This document shows positions 44,340 through 53,972 of a stretch of 64,000 nt of DNA, piece after piece; the stretch's first letter is position 1; every line of letters starts with the position of its first letter. The position numbers and the translations under genes were made by a program. The notes under the pieces were generated by a model. That model was not told the DNA's origin. It ran no database searches and saw nothing but the letters and a program-made list of their open reading frames with translations. Location of the stretch: positions 14,802 to 78,801 of the forward strand of contig RXJP01000035.1 in NCBI GenBank assembly GCA_003963315.1, in the 5' to 3' direction. This DNA comes from Rhodocyclaceae bacterium (lineage in GTDB: Bacteria; Pseudomonadota; Gammaproteobacteria; Burkholderiales; Rhodocyclaceae).

Positions 44340-44975
44340 TCAGTTGGAATCGAGAAAGCGGAAAACGCCGGGGTGGCGGGCGCGCTGGGGATGGAATCGC
44401 AGCCGGGAGGCGCGAACTGCGGCTAACAAATCGTCGAGCGCCATCTGCAAATCGTCGTTGATTATAACAAAGGCGAACTCCCCCACGTGGCGCATTTCGC
44501 CCAGGGCGGCGGCCACCCGGCGCTGGATCACGTCCTCGCTGTCCTGGCCGCGGCTACGCAGACGGCGCTCCAGCTCCTCCGCGGAAGGCGGCATGATGAA
44601 GATCCCCACCGCGTCGGGGAAGATTTCCCGCACCTGCTGGGCGCCCTGCCAGTCGATCTCCAGCAGCATGTCGTGACCCGCCTGCATCTGGGCCTGCAAC
44701 CAGGCTTTGGAAGTCCCGTAGAAATTGCCGTGCACTTCCGCCCATTCCAGGAATTCCCCCCGGCCACGCATGGCAAGGAAGGTCTGGATATCGATGAAGT
44801 GGTACTCGCGGCCGTTCTCCTCGCCAGGCCGGGGCGGGCGGGTGGTGTAGGAGATGGAGTGCATCACCTGGGTGTCCCGTTCCAGCAGCAGCTTGACCAA
44901 CGTGGTCTTGCCCGCGCCGGAAGGGGCGGCGACGATAAAAAGAGAACCAGTGGTAATGGGGGTCATGGTCTGCAT
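44340..44975 (-). CDS. gmk: Guanylate kinase
   Basis: [20 protein letters not shown]...[21 protein letters not shown]. Confidence 0.93.
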   Translation of the reverse strand: MQTMTPITTGSLFIVAAPSGAGKTTLVKLLLERDTQVMHSISYTTRPPRPGEENGREYHFIDIQTFLAMRGRGEFLEWAEVHGNFYGTSKAWLQAQMQAGHDMLLEIDWQGAQQVREIFPDAVGIFIMPPSAEELERRLRSRGQDSEDVIQRRVAAALGEMRHVGEFAFVIINDDLQMALDDLLAAVRASRLRFHPQRARHPGVFRFLDSN

Positions 44976-44985
44976 AATCGGGGCC

Positions 44986-45852
44986 TCACTCCAAATTCTG
45001 CACCTGCTCGCGCATCTGCTCGATCAGCAATTTGAGTTCCAGGGCAATGGCGGTGACCTCGGTGGACACGGATTTGGAAGCCAGGGTATTGGCTTCCCGA
45101 TTCAATTCCTGCATCAGGAAATCCAGGCGTTTGCCCACGGCGCCCCCCTTCTTCAGCACCCGCTCCACTTCGTCCAGGTGGGTGACCAGGCGGGCCAGTT
45201 CCTCCTCCACATCGATCTTCGCGGCGAAAACGCCCAGTTCCTGGCGGATGCGATCCTCGTCCAGGTTGGCCACGGCTTCCCGCAGTTTGGCCGCCAGGCG
45301 GTCCTGGTAGTCGGCCAGGGCCAGGGGAATCAGCGGTTTTACCTTGGCCACCTGTTCCCGCATGCGGGCAGCGCGATCCAGCAGCACGGCCGCCAGCTTC
45401 TCCCCTTCCCGCGCCCGGGTGGCGATGAACTCGTCCAGCAATTGTTGCAGCAGGGACAAGGCCTCGGCCTGGAGCTTGTCGGTATCCAGGCCCTCGTCGG
45501 CCAGTACCCCGGGCCAGCGCGGCACATCGGCCACGGACAGCGGCTTGGCGCCGTGGAGAACGGACAACACCGCGCTTTCCAGCTTTGCCAATTGTTCCAC
45601 CAGGGCCTGGTTGGGCGCCAAGTCCCGGCCGCTGCCGGCACGGGCCTGCAAACCGCCGCGCACTTCCAGCTTGCCCCGTTGCACCTTGGCGGAAATCTGC
45701 TCACGCAGGGGCATCTCGAGGAAACGCAGGTCTTCGCTGATGCGGAAACCCAGGTCCAGGTAGCGGGAGTTCACGCTCTTGAGTTCGAGATTGAGGGAGG
45801 CAAAACCCAGGTCGCGATTGCCTGCCGCATAGCCGGTCATGCTGAAGATCAT
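44986..45852 (-). CDS. yicC: YicC/YloC family stress-induced protein
   Basis: MIFSMTGYAAG...LELKSVNSRYLDL...REANTLASKS. Confidence 0.88.
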   Translation of the reverse strand: MIFSMTGYAAGNRDLGFASLNLELKSVNSRYLDLGFRISEDLRFLEMPLREQISAKVQRGKLEVRGGLQARAGSGRDLAPNQALVEQLAKLESAVLSVLHGAKPLSVADVPRWPGVLADEGLDTDKLQAEALSLLQQLLDEFIATRAREGEKLAAVLLDRAARMREQVAKVKPLIPLALADYQDRLAAKLREAVANLDEDRIRQELGVFAAKIDVEEELARLVTHLDEVERVLKKGGAVGKRLDFLMQELNREANTLASKSVSTEVTAIALELKLLIEQMREQVQNLE

Positions 45853-45949
45853 GGAGGGATTCCGATGGTTGCAATGGCGCGTGCCACGGTCGTCTTTACA
45901 GGTCCGGCGCGGCGACGCAGAATGCCGGGGATTCTATCCCTTCCCGCCC

Positions 45950-46906
45950 ATGTCGCCCGCCCAGGCCAACCAACCCCTCCCCGCCGGATTCTGGCTCGCC
46001 CAGTATCAGATCGAAAGCCAGCTTTCCCTTGGCGGCTTTTCCATCGTCTATCTGGCCCGGGACATGCTGGGCGACGCCGTGGCGATCAAGGAATACCTGC
46101 CCAACGCCCTGGCCCTGCGCGCCGGCGAAAGCCCCGAGCCCGTGGTCAGCCCACGCCACCGGGCAGTGTTCAACCACGGCTTGACCTGCTTTTTCGAGGA
46201 AGGCCGCCATCTCACCCAGCTCAACCATCCCAACGTGGTGCGGGTGCTCGACTTCTTCCGCGCCCATGGCACCGCCTACCTGGTCATGCGTTACGAGGAA
46301 GGACGCACCCTCCACGCCCACATCCTGAAACATCCCGGGGAACTGGGAGAGGAGTTCATCCGCAATACGTTCGGCCGCGTCCTCAACGGTCTCCGCGCCG
46401 TGCATAGCAGCCAACTGCTGCACCTGGACATCAAACCCGCCAACGTCTACCTGCGCCAGCAGGACGGCAGCCCGGTGCTGCTGGACTTCGGCGCGGCACG
46501 CCAGGTGATCGGCCACGACGTGCCCCAACTGCGCACCATGCACACCCCGGGCTACGCCGCCCCGGAACAGTATGAGAAAGGACCACAACAACAAGAGCTG
46601 CTGGGGCCGTGGACCGATATGTACGGCATCGGCGCCACCCTCTACGCCTGCCTCGGCGGCAAACCGCCGCCCTCCGCCCAACTGCGCCTGGAGCGGGATG
46701 ACATGGTGCCGGCGGTGCGCCAATTCTCCGGCAAGTATTCCCGCCACCTGCTGGAAACCGTGGACATGTGCTTGCACCTGGACCCCCTGCGCCGTCCCCA
46801 AAGCGCCCACACACTGCAAAAACGCCTGGCCAGCGCGGAGCGGGATGTGGATCCTCCCGGCCTATTGAACCGTTTCAGCCATTGGATCAAGGGGGCCGGG
46901 AAGTGA
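45950..46906 (+). CDS. Hanks-type serine/threonine protein kinase (catalytic domain only)
   Basis: GGFSIVYLARD..VAIKEY, HLDIKPANVYL, LLDFGAAR, TPGYAAPEQ. 318 aa from the ATG 45950, with no TM or sensor domain. Confidence 0.85.
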   Translation: MSPAQANQPLPAGFWLAQYQIESQLSLGGFSIVYLARDMLGDAVAIKEYLPNALALRAGESPEPVVSPRHRAVFNHGLTCFFEEGRHLTQLNHPNVVRVLDFFRAHGTAYLVMRYEEGRTLHAHILKHPGELGEEFIRNTFGRVLNGLRAVHSSQLLHLDIKPANVYLRQQDGSPVLLDFGAARQVIGHDVPQLRTMHTPGYAAPEQYEKGPQQQELLGPWTDMYGIGATLYACLGGKPPPSAQLRLERDDMVPAVRQFSGKYSRHLLETVDMCLHLDPLRRPQSAHTLQKRLASAERDVDPPGLLNRFSHWIKGAGK

Positions 46907-47081
46907 AAGACATAAGGCACCACATCGGGCACCACGTCGGCACGGCGAGCGCCAAAGGCCTTAGCCACGGGGACACGGGGGAAAACCGGCAAGCAAACCC
47001 AACGATAAGGAAGCCTTTGCCTTTCCCCGTGGTTAAAAGCTTTTATGTTTTTCGCCATGCCGTCGTGGTGAACAACAGGCC

Positions 47082-47915
47082 ATGAACTATCTCGTCCACC
47101 AGGAAAGCCGTATCGGCCGGCGTGCCATCAACCAGGATCGCCTCGTGTTCCGAGCCAGCGAAAAGGCGTTGCTGCTGGTCGTGGCGGACGGCATGGGCGG
47201 CCACGCCCATGGCGAGGTGGCGGCCCAGGTGGCCATCGACTACATGGCCGACGCTTTTGAACACCAGGCCCGTCCTGCCCTGGCCGATCCCTTCCTGTTC
47301 CTCACCCAGTGTTTCAATGGCGCCCACGCCGCTATCGCCCGGGTGGCAGGGCTGCGCGGGCTGAAGGAGACGCCCCGCACCACCTGCGTCGCCTGCGTGG
47401 TGCAAGACGGCCTGGCCCACTGGATCCATGCCGGCGATGCCCGCCTCTACCTGTTGCGGGATGGCCGTATCCTCCAGCGCAGTCGCGACCACAGCCGGGT
47501 GCAGTTGCAATTGGCGCAGGGATTGATCGATGCCGATACCGCCAAACACCATCCGGAGCGGCATCGCGTCTATAGCTGCCTGGGGGGCCCCGTGGCGCCC
47601 CAGTTGGATTTCTCCGCCAAGACCCCCTTGCTCCCCGGCGATGTGCTGGCCCTGTGCACCGATGGCGTCTGGGGGCCGGCGGGGGACAGCCGCCTCGCCC
47701 GCCGATTATCAGAAGCGCCGCCGGAGAAAGCGGTGCCCCAACTCCTCGACGACGCCGAACGCAAGGGCGGAGCCCACGCCGACAACCTGAGCCTGATCGC
47801 CCTGCGCTGGGAAACCCCCAGCCCCTGGGCCGCCCAACTGGGCTCCCCCAGTGATGAGGACATCGAGCGCGCCATCGACGAAATTCGGGGCATCATTCGC
47901 CCCTCGCAAAACTGA
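47082..47915 (+). CDS. PP2C-family serine/threonine phosphatase
   Basis: RRAINQDRL...LLVVADGMGGHAHGEVAAQVA...CTDGVW...DNLSLIAL. Confidence 0.85.
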   Translation: MNYLVHQESRIGRRAINQDRLVFRASEKALLLVVADGMGGHAHGEVAAQVAIDYMADAFEHQARPALADPFLFLTQCFNGAHAAIARVAGLRGLKETPRTTCVACVVQDGLAHWIHAGDARLYLLRDGRILQRSRDHSRVQLQLAQGLIDADTAKHHPERHRVYSCLGGPVAPQLDFSAKTPLLPGDVLALCTDGVWGPAGDSRLARRLSEAPPEKAVPQLLDDAERKGGAHADNLSLIALRWETPSPWAAQLGSPSDEDIERAIDEIRGIIRPSQN

Positions 47916-47935
47916 ACCTGAACCCCAACCGCCTT

Positions 47936-48033
47936 TGGCACAGAGAACACAGAGGCACAGAGCACACGGAGAAAATACAGAAAATGGTTTTTGGCTTTGC
48001 TCTGTGTACTTCCTATCTCCGTGTTCTCTGTGT
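47936..48033. repeat. CACAGAG-type palindromic intergenic repeat (family C)
   Basis: CACAGAGAACACAGAGGCACAGAGCACACGGAGAAAATAC ... TATCTCCGTGTTCTCTGTG. The arms are inverted complements. No coding potential. Confidence 0.65.
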
Positions 48034-48068
48034 CATAAGCGGTTGTTTTGTTTTTTAAAGGAACTTCC

Positions 48069-48788
48069 ATGACCCGACCCAGCGGCCGCACACCGACGCA
48101 ACTGCGCCCCCTCACCATCACCCGCGATTACACCTGCCACGCCGAAGGCAGCGTGCTGGTGGCCTTCGGTAACACCAAGGTGCTGTGCACCGCCAGCGTC
48201 GAAGAGAAGGTGCCCGGCTTCCTCAAGGGCAAGGGCCAGGGCTGGGTCACCGCCGAATACGGCATGCTGCCCCGCTCCACCCACACCCGCAGCGACCGGG
48301 AAGCCGCCCGGGGCAAACAATCCGGCCGCACCCAGGAGATCCAACGCCTGATCGGTCGCAGCCTGCGCGCCGTGATCGACCTCAATGCCCTGGGTGAGCG
48401 CCAGATCGTGCTTGATTGCGACGTGCTCCAGGCCGACGGCGGCACCCGTTGCGCCAGCATCACCGGCGCCCTGGTGGCCCTGCACGACGCCATCGGCAAA
48501 CTCATGGCGGACGGCAAACTCGCCGCCAGTCCCCTCAAGGATTTCGTCGCCGCCGTCTCTGTCGGCATCGTGGACGGTGTGCCGGTGCTGGACCTGGACT
48601 ACCCCGAGGACTCAAGCTGCGACACCGACATGAATGTGGTGATGACCGGCAGCGGCGGCATGGTGGAAGTGCAAGGCACCGCCGAAGGCACGCCCTTCAC
48701 CCGCAAGGAACTGGACGCCCTGTTGGCCCTGGCGGAACAAGGTATCGGCGAGATCATCGCGGCCCAGAAGAAGGCCCTCAGCGTATAA
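48069..48788 (+). CDS. rph: Ribonuclease PH
   Basis: [44 protein letters not shown]...[12 protein letters not shown]. Confidence 0.95.
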   Translation: MTRPSGRTPTQLRPLTITRDYTCHAEGSVLVAFGNTKVLCTASVEEKVPGFLKGKGQGWVTAEYGMLPRSTHTRSDREAARGKQSGRTQEIQRLIGRSLRAVIDLNALGERQIVLDCDVLQADGGTRCASITGALVALHDAIGKLMADGKLAASPLKDFVAAVSVGIVDGVPVLDLDYPEDSSCDTDMNVVMTGSGGMVEVQGTAEGTPFTRKELDALLALAEQGIGEIIAAQKKALSV

Positions 48789-48833
48789 GAAACTGCCTTG
48801 CAAAGGCTTCCCCTATGGATTCACCGAAATCTT

Positions 48834-48929
48834 TAACCCCCCCAGCCCCCCTTGTCAGGGGGGGAGTTCGAGCCGAGAAGCTTTGAACGGTACGCCCCTC
48901 CCCTGACAAGGGGAGGACGGGAGGGGTTG
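48834..48929. repeat. Composite intergenic repeat, family A
   Basis: Two hairpin units, CCCCCCTTGTCAGGGGGG and CCCCTGACAAGGGG. The first is the inverted copy of 13196-13235. Confidence 0.7.
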
Positions 48930-48955
48930 CAGGTTTCTCTCTATCGGAAATCACG

Positions 48956-49543
48956 ATGAACAAAATCGTCCTTGCCTCCAATAACGCCGGCAAACTCAAG
49001 GAGTTTGCCCAACTGCTGGCGCCCCTGGGCATCGAAGTGCTGCCGCAATCCGCTTTCAATGTCAGCGAAGCGGAAGAACCCCACGTCACCTTTGTCGAGA
49101 ATGCCTTGGCCAAGGCCCGCCATTGCGCCCGGGCCACGGGCCTGCCGGCCCTGGCCGACGACTCGGGCCTCTGCGTCGCCGCCTTGGGCGGTGCGCCGGG
49201 GGTGCAGTCGGCGCGCTATGCCGGCGCACCCAAATCCGACGCCCGCAACAACGAGAAGTTGCTGGCGGAACTCAAAAGCACCACCGACCGCCGCGCCCAT
49301 TTCACCTGTGTGCTGGTGTTGGTGCACCACGCCGACGACCCCCAGCCCATCATCTGCGAAGGCGAATGGCACGGTGAAATCCTCACCGCACCACGGGGTG
49401 GTGAGGGCTTCGGCTACGACCCCTTGTTCGGTGTGCCCGAACTGGGCAAGTCCGCCGCCGAGCTAAGCCATGAGGAAAAAAACACCCGCTCCCATCGCGG
49501 CCAGGCGGTGCGGGCCTTGGTCGCTCGACTCAAGCCGTGCTGA
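48956..49543 (+). CDS. rdgB: Non-canonical purine NTP (dITP/XTP) pyrophosphatase RdgB
   Basis: MNKIVLASNNAGKLKEFAQLL...TFVENALAKARH...LADDSGL...GFGYDPLF. Confidence 0.92.
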   Translation: MNKIVLASNNAGKLKEFAQLLAPLGIEVLPQSAFNVSEAEEPHVTFVENALAKARHCARATGLPALADDSGLCVAALGGAPGVQSARYAGAPKSDARNNEKLLAELKSTTDRRAHFTCVLVLVHHADDPQPIICEGEWHGEILTAPRGGEGFGYDPLFGVPELGKSAAELSHEEKNTRSHRGQAVRALVARLKPC

Positions 49544-49633
49544 TTGACAAAAAAATAATCGCCAAGAGCACCAAGGCCGCCTTGGTGATTTCCTCGCCGC
49601 ATACCCCCGCTCCTTAAATTCCTGCCCTCCGCC

Positions 49634-50839
49634 ATGACCCGCATCATCCCCATCGCCGCCGCGCCGGAAGTGCATAGCGAACCGCGCTTCACAGCGCTGC
49701 CCCCCCTCTCGCTCTACGTGCATATCCCATGGTGCGTAAAGAAGTGCCCTTACTGCGACTTCAACTCCCACGAGGCGAAGAACGCGATTCCCGAGGCGGA
49801 ATACGTGGCGGCCCTGATCGCCGATCTGGAGTCGGCCCTGCCGCACATCTGGAACCGCCCCGTACACAGCGTGTTCTTCGGCGGCGGCACCCCCAGCCTG
49901 CTTTCCGTCAACGCCGTGGATACGCTGCTGGCGGCCTTCCGCGCCCGGCTGCCGCTGGCGCCGACGGCGGAGATCACCCTGGAAGCCAACCCCGGCACGG
50001 TGGAGGCGGACAAGTTCGCCGGCTTCCGTGCCGCCGGCGTCAATCGCGTGTCCCTCGGCATCCAGAGTTTCGATGATGCCAAGCTCCAGGCCCTGGGCCG
50101 CATTCACGGCAGCGACGAAGCAAAGCGCGCCATCGACCTCGCCCTCAAGCATTTCGACCAGGTGAACATCGACCTGATGTACGCCCTGCCCCGGCAAAGC
50201 CTGGACGAAGCACGGCGCGATCTGGAAACCGGCATCGCCTTCGGCACGCCCCACCTTTCCGCCTACCACCTGACCCTGGAACCCAACACCCCCTACGCCC
50301 ACCATCCGCCGCCCCTGCCCGACGACGATGCCGCCGCCGACATGCAGGACATGGTGGAGGAAACCCTGGCCGGCGCGGGCTACGAGCACTACGAAACCTC
50401 GGCCTATGCCAAGCCGGGCAACGCCTGTTTCCACAATATGAATTACTGGACTTTCGGCGATTACCTGGGCATCGGCGCCGGCGCCCACGGCAAGATCACC
50501 TCGTCGGCCCCGGGTACGGAAAGCCCGGTGGTGAGGGAGATGCGGCGCAAGCATCCGAAGGATTATCTGGCAGGCGCGGCCCGGGGCGATTTCGTGCAGG
50601 AACGGCGCTTCGTCACGACGGAAGAATTGCCCTTCGAGTTCCTGATGAACGCCCTGCGCCTGACGGAGGGCTTCGCCGTGACACAGTTCGAGGAACGCAG
50701 CGGCCTGCCGATTGCCGTGGCCCAGGATCATCTGCGCCAAGCTCAACAAGAAAATTTGCTGACTATCGCCGAATGGAAAATCGTCCCAACACTGCAGGGC
50801 CGGCGCTTCCTCAACCGCCTGTTAGGGATTTTTCTCTAG
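49634..50839 (+). CDS. hemW: Radical SAM heme chaperone HemW (HemN-like)
   Basis: LYVHIPWCVKKCPYCDFNSH is the CxxxCxxC radical SAM motif. rdgB-hemW synteny. Confidence 0.9.
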   Translation: MTRIIPIAAAPEVHSEPRFTALPPLSLYVHIPWCVKKCPYCDFNSHEAKNAIPEAEYVAALIADLESALPHIWNRPVHSVFFGGGTPSLLSVNAVDTLLAAFRARLPLAPTAEITLEANPGTVEADKFAGFRAAGVNRVSLGIQSFDDAKLQALGRIHGSDEAKRAIDLALKHFDQVNIDLMYALPRQSLDEARRDLETGIAFGTPHLSAYHLTLEPNTPYAHHPPPLPDDDAAADMQDMVEETLAGAGYEHYETSAYAKPGNACFHNMNYWTFGDYLGIGAGAHGKITSSAPGTESPVVREMRRKHPKDYLAGAARGDFVQERRFVTTEELPFEFLMNALRLTEGFAVTQFEERSGLPIAVAQDHLRQAQQENLLTIAEWKIVPTLQGRRFLNRLLGIFL

Positions 50840-50854
50840 GAGAAACGCAAGTAC

Positions 50855-51565
50855 CTACCGTTCCCCTAGATAAGGCCGGAACAGGTACTCCAACTCTTCC
50901 AGGGAATATTCGATGGATGCCGGCATCGCCTTGGCCAGCAGGTCGAGAATGACTACCGCATTGACGGAAGCATCCTCCTCGGCGGCAGCCCGCAGGCGCT
51001 CGGCCATGGCCATGTTCACCGTGTGCAAGCGCTGGTAGATGTCCCTCAGGCCAGCCAGCGCCAGATCGGTACCCAGGCCTTCACGGTGGCGGAAATACTG
51101 CGCCAGTAAATACATGGAGGCGGCCCGGTAGAGGGTTTCCTCTTCGCTGGCCAGGGGCAAGTGGAAGCGGGCCATGGGCCGCAGCCAGCTCATGTGCGGA
51201 CAGGCCGAGGCGGCCATGACCAGGCCCATAAGGGAACTCACCGCCCGTTGGGCGGTGGTGCTTGCCGTCACGGTCCGATCCGGGGTGGTCACCTCTACCT
51301 TCAACGCCGCATGGGACACCAGCGGACCGGTGAAATCCAGCAGGTCCGCCAAGCCTTCCGCCACAGGGCAGCAGGGGGAATCCTCGACGCGCAAAGGGCA
51401 ATGGGAACACTGGTGAAATTCAAGCTGGGTCCATTCCCGAGGCTCGGTTGGACAAAGGGAGGGCTGCAAAGCCAGGCTTTGGGCATCCAGGCGCACCACG
51501 TGCTCGGCGGCACGGCCGTCGGCCAGTTCAAATCGATAGTGAAACTCGATGCACTTTCCGCCCAT
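50855..51565 (-). CDS. Hypothetical Cys-rich protein
   Basis: 236 aa with ...LCPTEPREWTQLEFHQCSHCPLRVEDSPCCPVAEG... Lies 12 nt downstream of trmB on the same strand. No family assigned with confidence. Confidence 0.6.
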   Translation of the reverse strand: MGGKCIEFHYRFELADGRAAEHVVRLDAQSLALQPSLCPTEPREWTQLEFHQCSHCPLRVEDSPCCPVAEGLADLLDFTGPLVSHAALKVEVTTPDRTVTASTTAQRAVSSLMGLVMAASACPHMSWLRPMARFHLPLASEEETLYRAASMYLLAQYFRHREGLGTDLALAGLRDIYQRLHTVNMAMAERLRAAAEEDASVNAVVILDLLAKAMPASIEYSLEELEYLFRPYLGER

Positions 51566-51577
51566 GATGTTTCATCC

Positions 51578-52273
51578 TCATGCCTTCCGACGGAACACAA
51601 TATCCCACACGCCATGGCCCAGGCGCACGCCGCGTTGCTCGAACTTGGTCAGGGGCCGGTAGTCGGGGCGGGGGGCGTAACCCTCCGCCGTGTTTTGCAG
51701 CAGGGGTTCGCCACCCAACACTTCCAGCATCTGCACGGCGTAATCCTCCCAGTCGGTGGCGCAATGGAGATAGCCGCCGGGGGCGAGGCGCAGGGCGAGT
51801 TCATGCACAAATGGCGTTTGCAGCAGGCGGCGTTTGTTGTGGCGCTTCTTGTGCCAGGGGTCGGGAAAGAAGACATGGATGCCGGCCAGGCTGCCGTGGG
51901 GAATCATGTCCCGCACAATCTCCACCGCATCGTGCTGGATCACCCGCAGGTTGGCGAGTTCGCGCAGGGCGATTTCCTTGAGCAAAGCGCCCACCCCGGG
52001 GGTATGCACCTCGATGCCGAGATAGTTGTTCTGCGGATGGGCAGCGGCGATGGTGGCGGTCGTCTCCCCCATGCCGCAACCGATTTCCATGATGGTGGGC
52101 GCCGTGCGGCCGAAGGCGGCGGCGAAGTCCAGCGCCTTGGCTTGATAGGGAATACCCCAACGCGGCATGCCTTCGTCGTAATAGCGCTGCTGGGCCACGG
52201 AAACCCGGCTTTGGCGCAGGACGAAGCTGCGGATATGGCGATGGGGAAATTCGGTTTTGTTGTCTTCGCTCAT
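51578..52273 (-). CDS. trmB: tRNA (guanine46-N7)-methyltransferase
   Basis: ...[12 protein letters not shown]...YLGIEVH...[19 protein letters not shown]. Confidence 0.92.
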   Translation of the reverse strand: MSEDNKTEFPHRHIRSFVLRQSRVSVAQQRYYDEGMPRWGIPYQAKALDFAAAFGRTAPTIMEIGCGMGETTATIAAAHPQNNYLGIEVHTPGVGALLKEIALRELANLRVIQHDAVEIVRDMIPHGSLAGIHVFFPDPWHKKRHNKRRLLQTPFVHELALRLAPGGYLHCATDWEDYAVQMLEVLGGEPLLQNTAEGYAPRPDYRPLTKFEQRGVRLGHGVWDIVFRRKA

Positions 52274-52920
52274 TCAGGGTCCTTGGCGACGGGCGCGGGA
52301 TCGATGGAAGGTGGGTCCGCCGGCGCCGAAACAGGGGATTCGGCCGTCCCGGATGGGGTAGGCGTCGTGGTTACGACGGCCATGTCCGCCGGCTCATGCC
52401 ACACGGCGCCCGGAAAATCCGGATCGCCCTTTTCAATGGCCTGGCGACGGGATGCATAGAACTTCTCCAGATCGTAGCGTTCCTGTTGCAAGGCTTCGGG
52501 CAGGGTGGCGCAGGCGGCGCCCAGGGTCTCCGGCGGCGAGGTCAGGGCTGGCTTAAGGTGCAGGGCCGCAGAGAGGGCCTCTGGCGACGCCGTGTCGCGA
52601 CCGAAGTAGTGCCGGGCCAGGTCCCGTTCCGCTGCGCGAATGCGGGCTTGTTGTCGGTCCATCCAGTCCACGTAGGCCAGGGCCGCGGCAGTGTCGCCCC
52701 GGGCCTGGCAGGTGATGCCCAGCAAACGCACGCCGTGGATGACGCCCCATAGCAATTGCTGGGTCAGCAATTGGGGATTGTCGAAGGCATAACCCTGGGG
52801 TATCGCGGGCGCCGAGGACTTTTCCTGGGGCAGTGGCCGACGCGACATCTCGCCCCCCGCCCAAGCCGCCCCCGGCAGGGCCAGGACAAGACAGGCCGCA
52901 AGGCGGCGGATGCGGATCAC
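52270..52920 (-). CDS. Hypothetical secreted protein
   Basis: 216 aa with signal peptide [21 protein letters not shown] and a Pro/Thr-rich C-terminus. It has 4-nt overlaps with both thiG (upstream) and trmB (downstream). Confidence 0.6.
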   Translation of the reverse strand: MIRIRRLAACLVLALPGAAWAGGEMSRRPLPQEKSSAPAIPQGYAFDNPQLLTQQLLWGVIHGVRLLGITCQARGDTAAALAYVDWMDRQQARIRAAERDLARHYFGRDTASPEALSAALHLKPALTSPPETLGAACATLPEALQQERYDLEKFYASRRQAIEKGDPDFPGAVWHEPADMAVVTTTPTPSGTAESPVSAPADPPSIDPAPVAKDPE

Positions 52921-53705
52921 GAGCCGATCAGGCCGCCCGTGGGCGAACTGGGAGAGGCCGTGTAGAACTTCTTCGCCATGCGCCCGGCACGGAAAGCCTC
53001 GCGACCCGCCTCCACGGCTTTCCGCATGGCGCCGGCCATCAGCACCGGATCTTGCGCCAGGGCGATGGCCGTGTTCATCAGCACGCCGTCGCAGCCCAAC
53101 TCCATGGCGATGGCCGCATCGGAAGCGGTGCCCACGCCGGCATCCACCAGCACCGGCACCCTGGCCTGGTCAATGATGAGCTTGAGGTTCCAGGGATTGA
53201 GGATGCCCATGCCGGAACCGATCAGGGAGGCCAGGGGCATGATGGCGACGCAGCCGATGTCTTCCAGCATGCGCGCCTGGATGGGATCGTCGGCGCAATA
53301 GACCATGACCTTGAAGCCATCCTTGACCAGCACCTCGGCGGCCTTGAGGGTTTCCGGCATGTTGGGGAACAGGGTGTGGCTGTCCCCCAGCACTTCCAGT
53401 TTGACCAAATCATGGCCGTCGAGCAGCTCCCGCGCCAGGCGCAGGGTGCGCACGGCTTCCTCGGCGCTGTAACAGCCGGCGGTATTGGGCAGATAGGTGA
53501 ATTCGGAAGGCGGCAGGGCGTCCAGCAGGGAAGGTTGGCCCGGCTCTTGGCCGATATTGGTGCGACGGATGGCGACGGTGACGATCTGCGCGCCGGAAGC
53601 GACGATGGCTTCCCGGGTCTGGGCGAAATCCTTGTATTTGCCGGTGCCCACCAAGAGGCGGGAGGAATAGGCTTTACCGGCGATGGTGAGGGTGTCCTGG
53701 GTCAT
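52917..53705 (-). CDS. thiG: Thiazole synthase
   Basis: [22 protein letters not shown]...VLPYT-like..[15 protein letters not shown]...[12 protein letters not shown]. Confidence 0.93.
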   Translation of the reverse strand: MTQDTLTIAGKAYSSRLLVGTGKYKDFAQTREAIVASGAQIVTVAIRRTNIGQEPGQPSLLDALPPSEFTYLPNTAGCYSAEEAVRTLRLARELLDGHDLVKLEVLGDSHTLFPNMPETLKAAEVLVKDGFKVMVYCADDPIQARMLEDIGCVAIMPLASLIGSGMGILNPWNLKLIIDQARVPVLVDAGVGTASDAAIAMELGCDGVLMNTAIALAQDPVLMAGAMRKAVEAGREAFRAGRMAKKFYTASPSSPTGGLIGS

Positions 53706-53756
53706 GGCGACGAACGGGTAAGTGGGGCCGCAACGGCGGCCGGGGATGACGGGGAA

Positions 53757-53960
53757 TCAACCCCCGCCCACGGCAACGACGATCTCCAGCACATCGCCGT
53801 CGGCAAGGGCGGTGCTGCCGTGCCGGCTCTTGGGCACGATCTCGCCGTTGCGCTCCACCGCCACCCGTTTGTCGATAAGGGCAAGCTCGGCCAACAGGTC
53901 GGCGACGGTGATGGGGGTGGAAAACGAACGGGCTGCGCCGTTGATGCGGAGGGAAATCAT
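53757..53960 (-). CDS. thiS: Sulfur carrier protein ThiS
   Basis: 67 aa ending ...[10 protein letters not shown]. The C-terminal GG is diagnostic. Confidence 0.88.
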   Translation of the reverse strand: MISLRINGAARSFSTPITVADLLAELALIDKRVAVERNGEIVPKSRHGSTALADGDVLEIVVAVGGG

Positions 53961-53972
53961 CCGCTGATTTTA

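Noticed and set aside
47936-48033. CACAGAG repeats as a CRISPR array
   Set aside because: The units are 7-12 nt, have no unique spacers, and form one palindromic element. No cas genes are present in the window.
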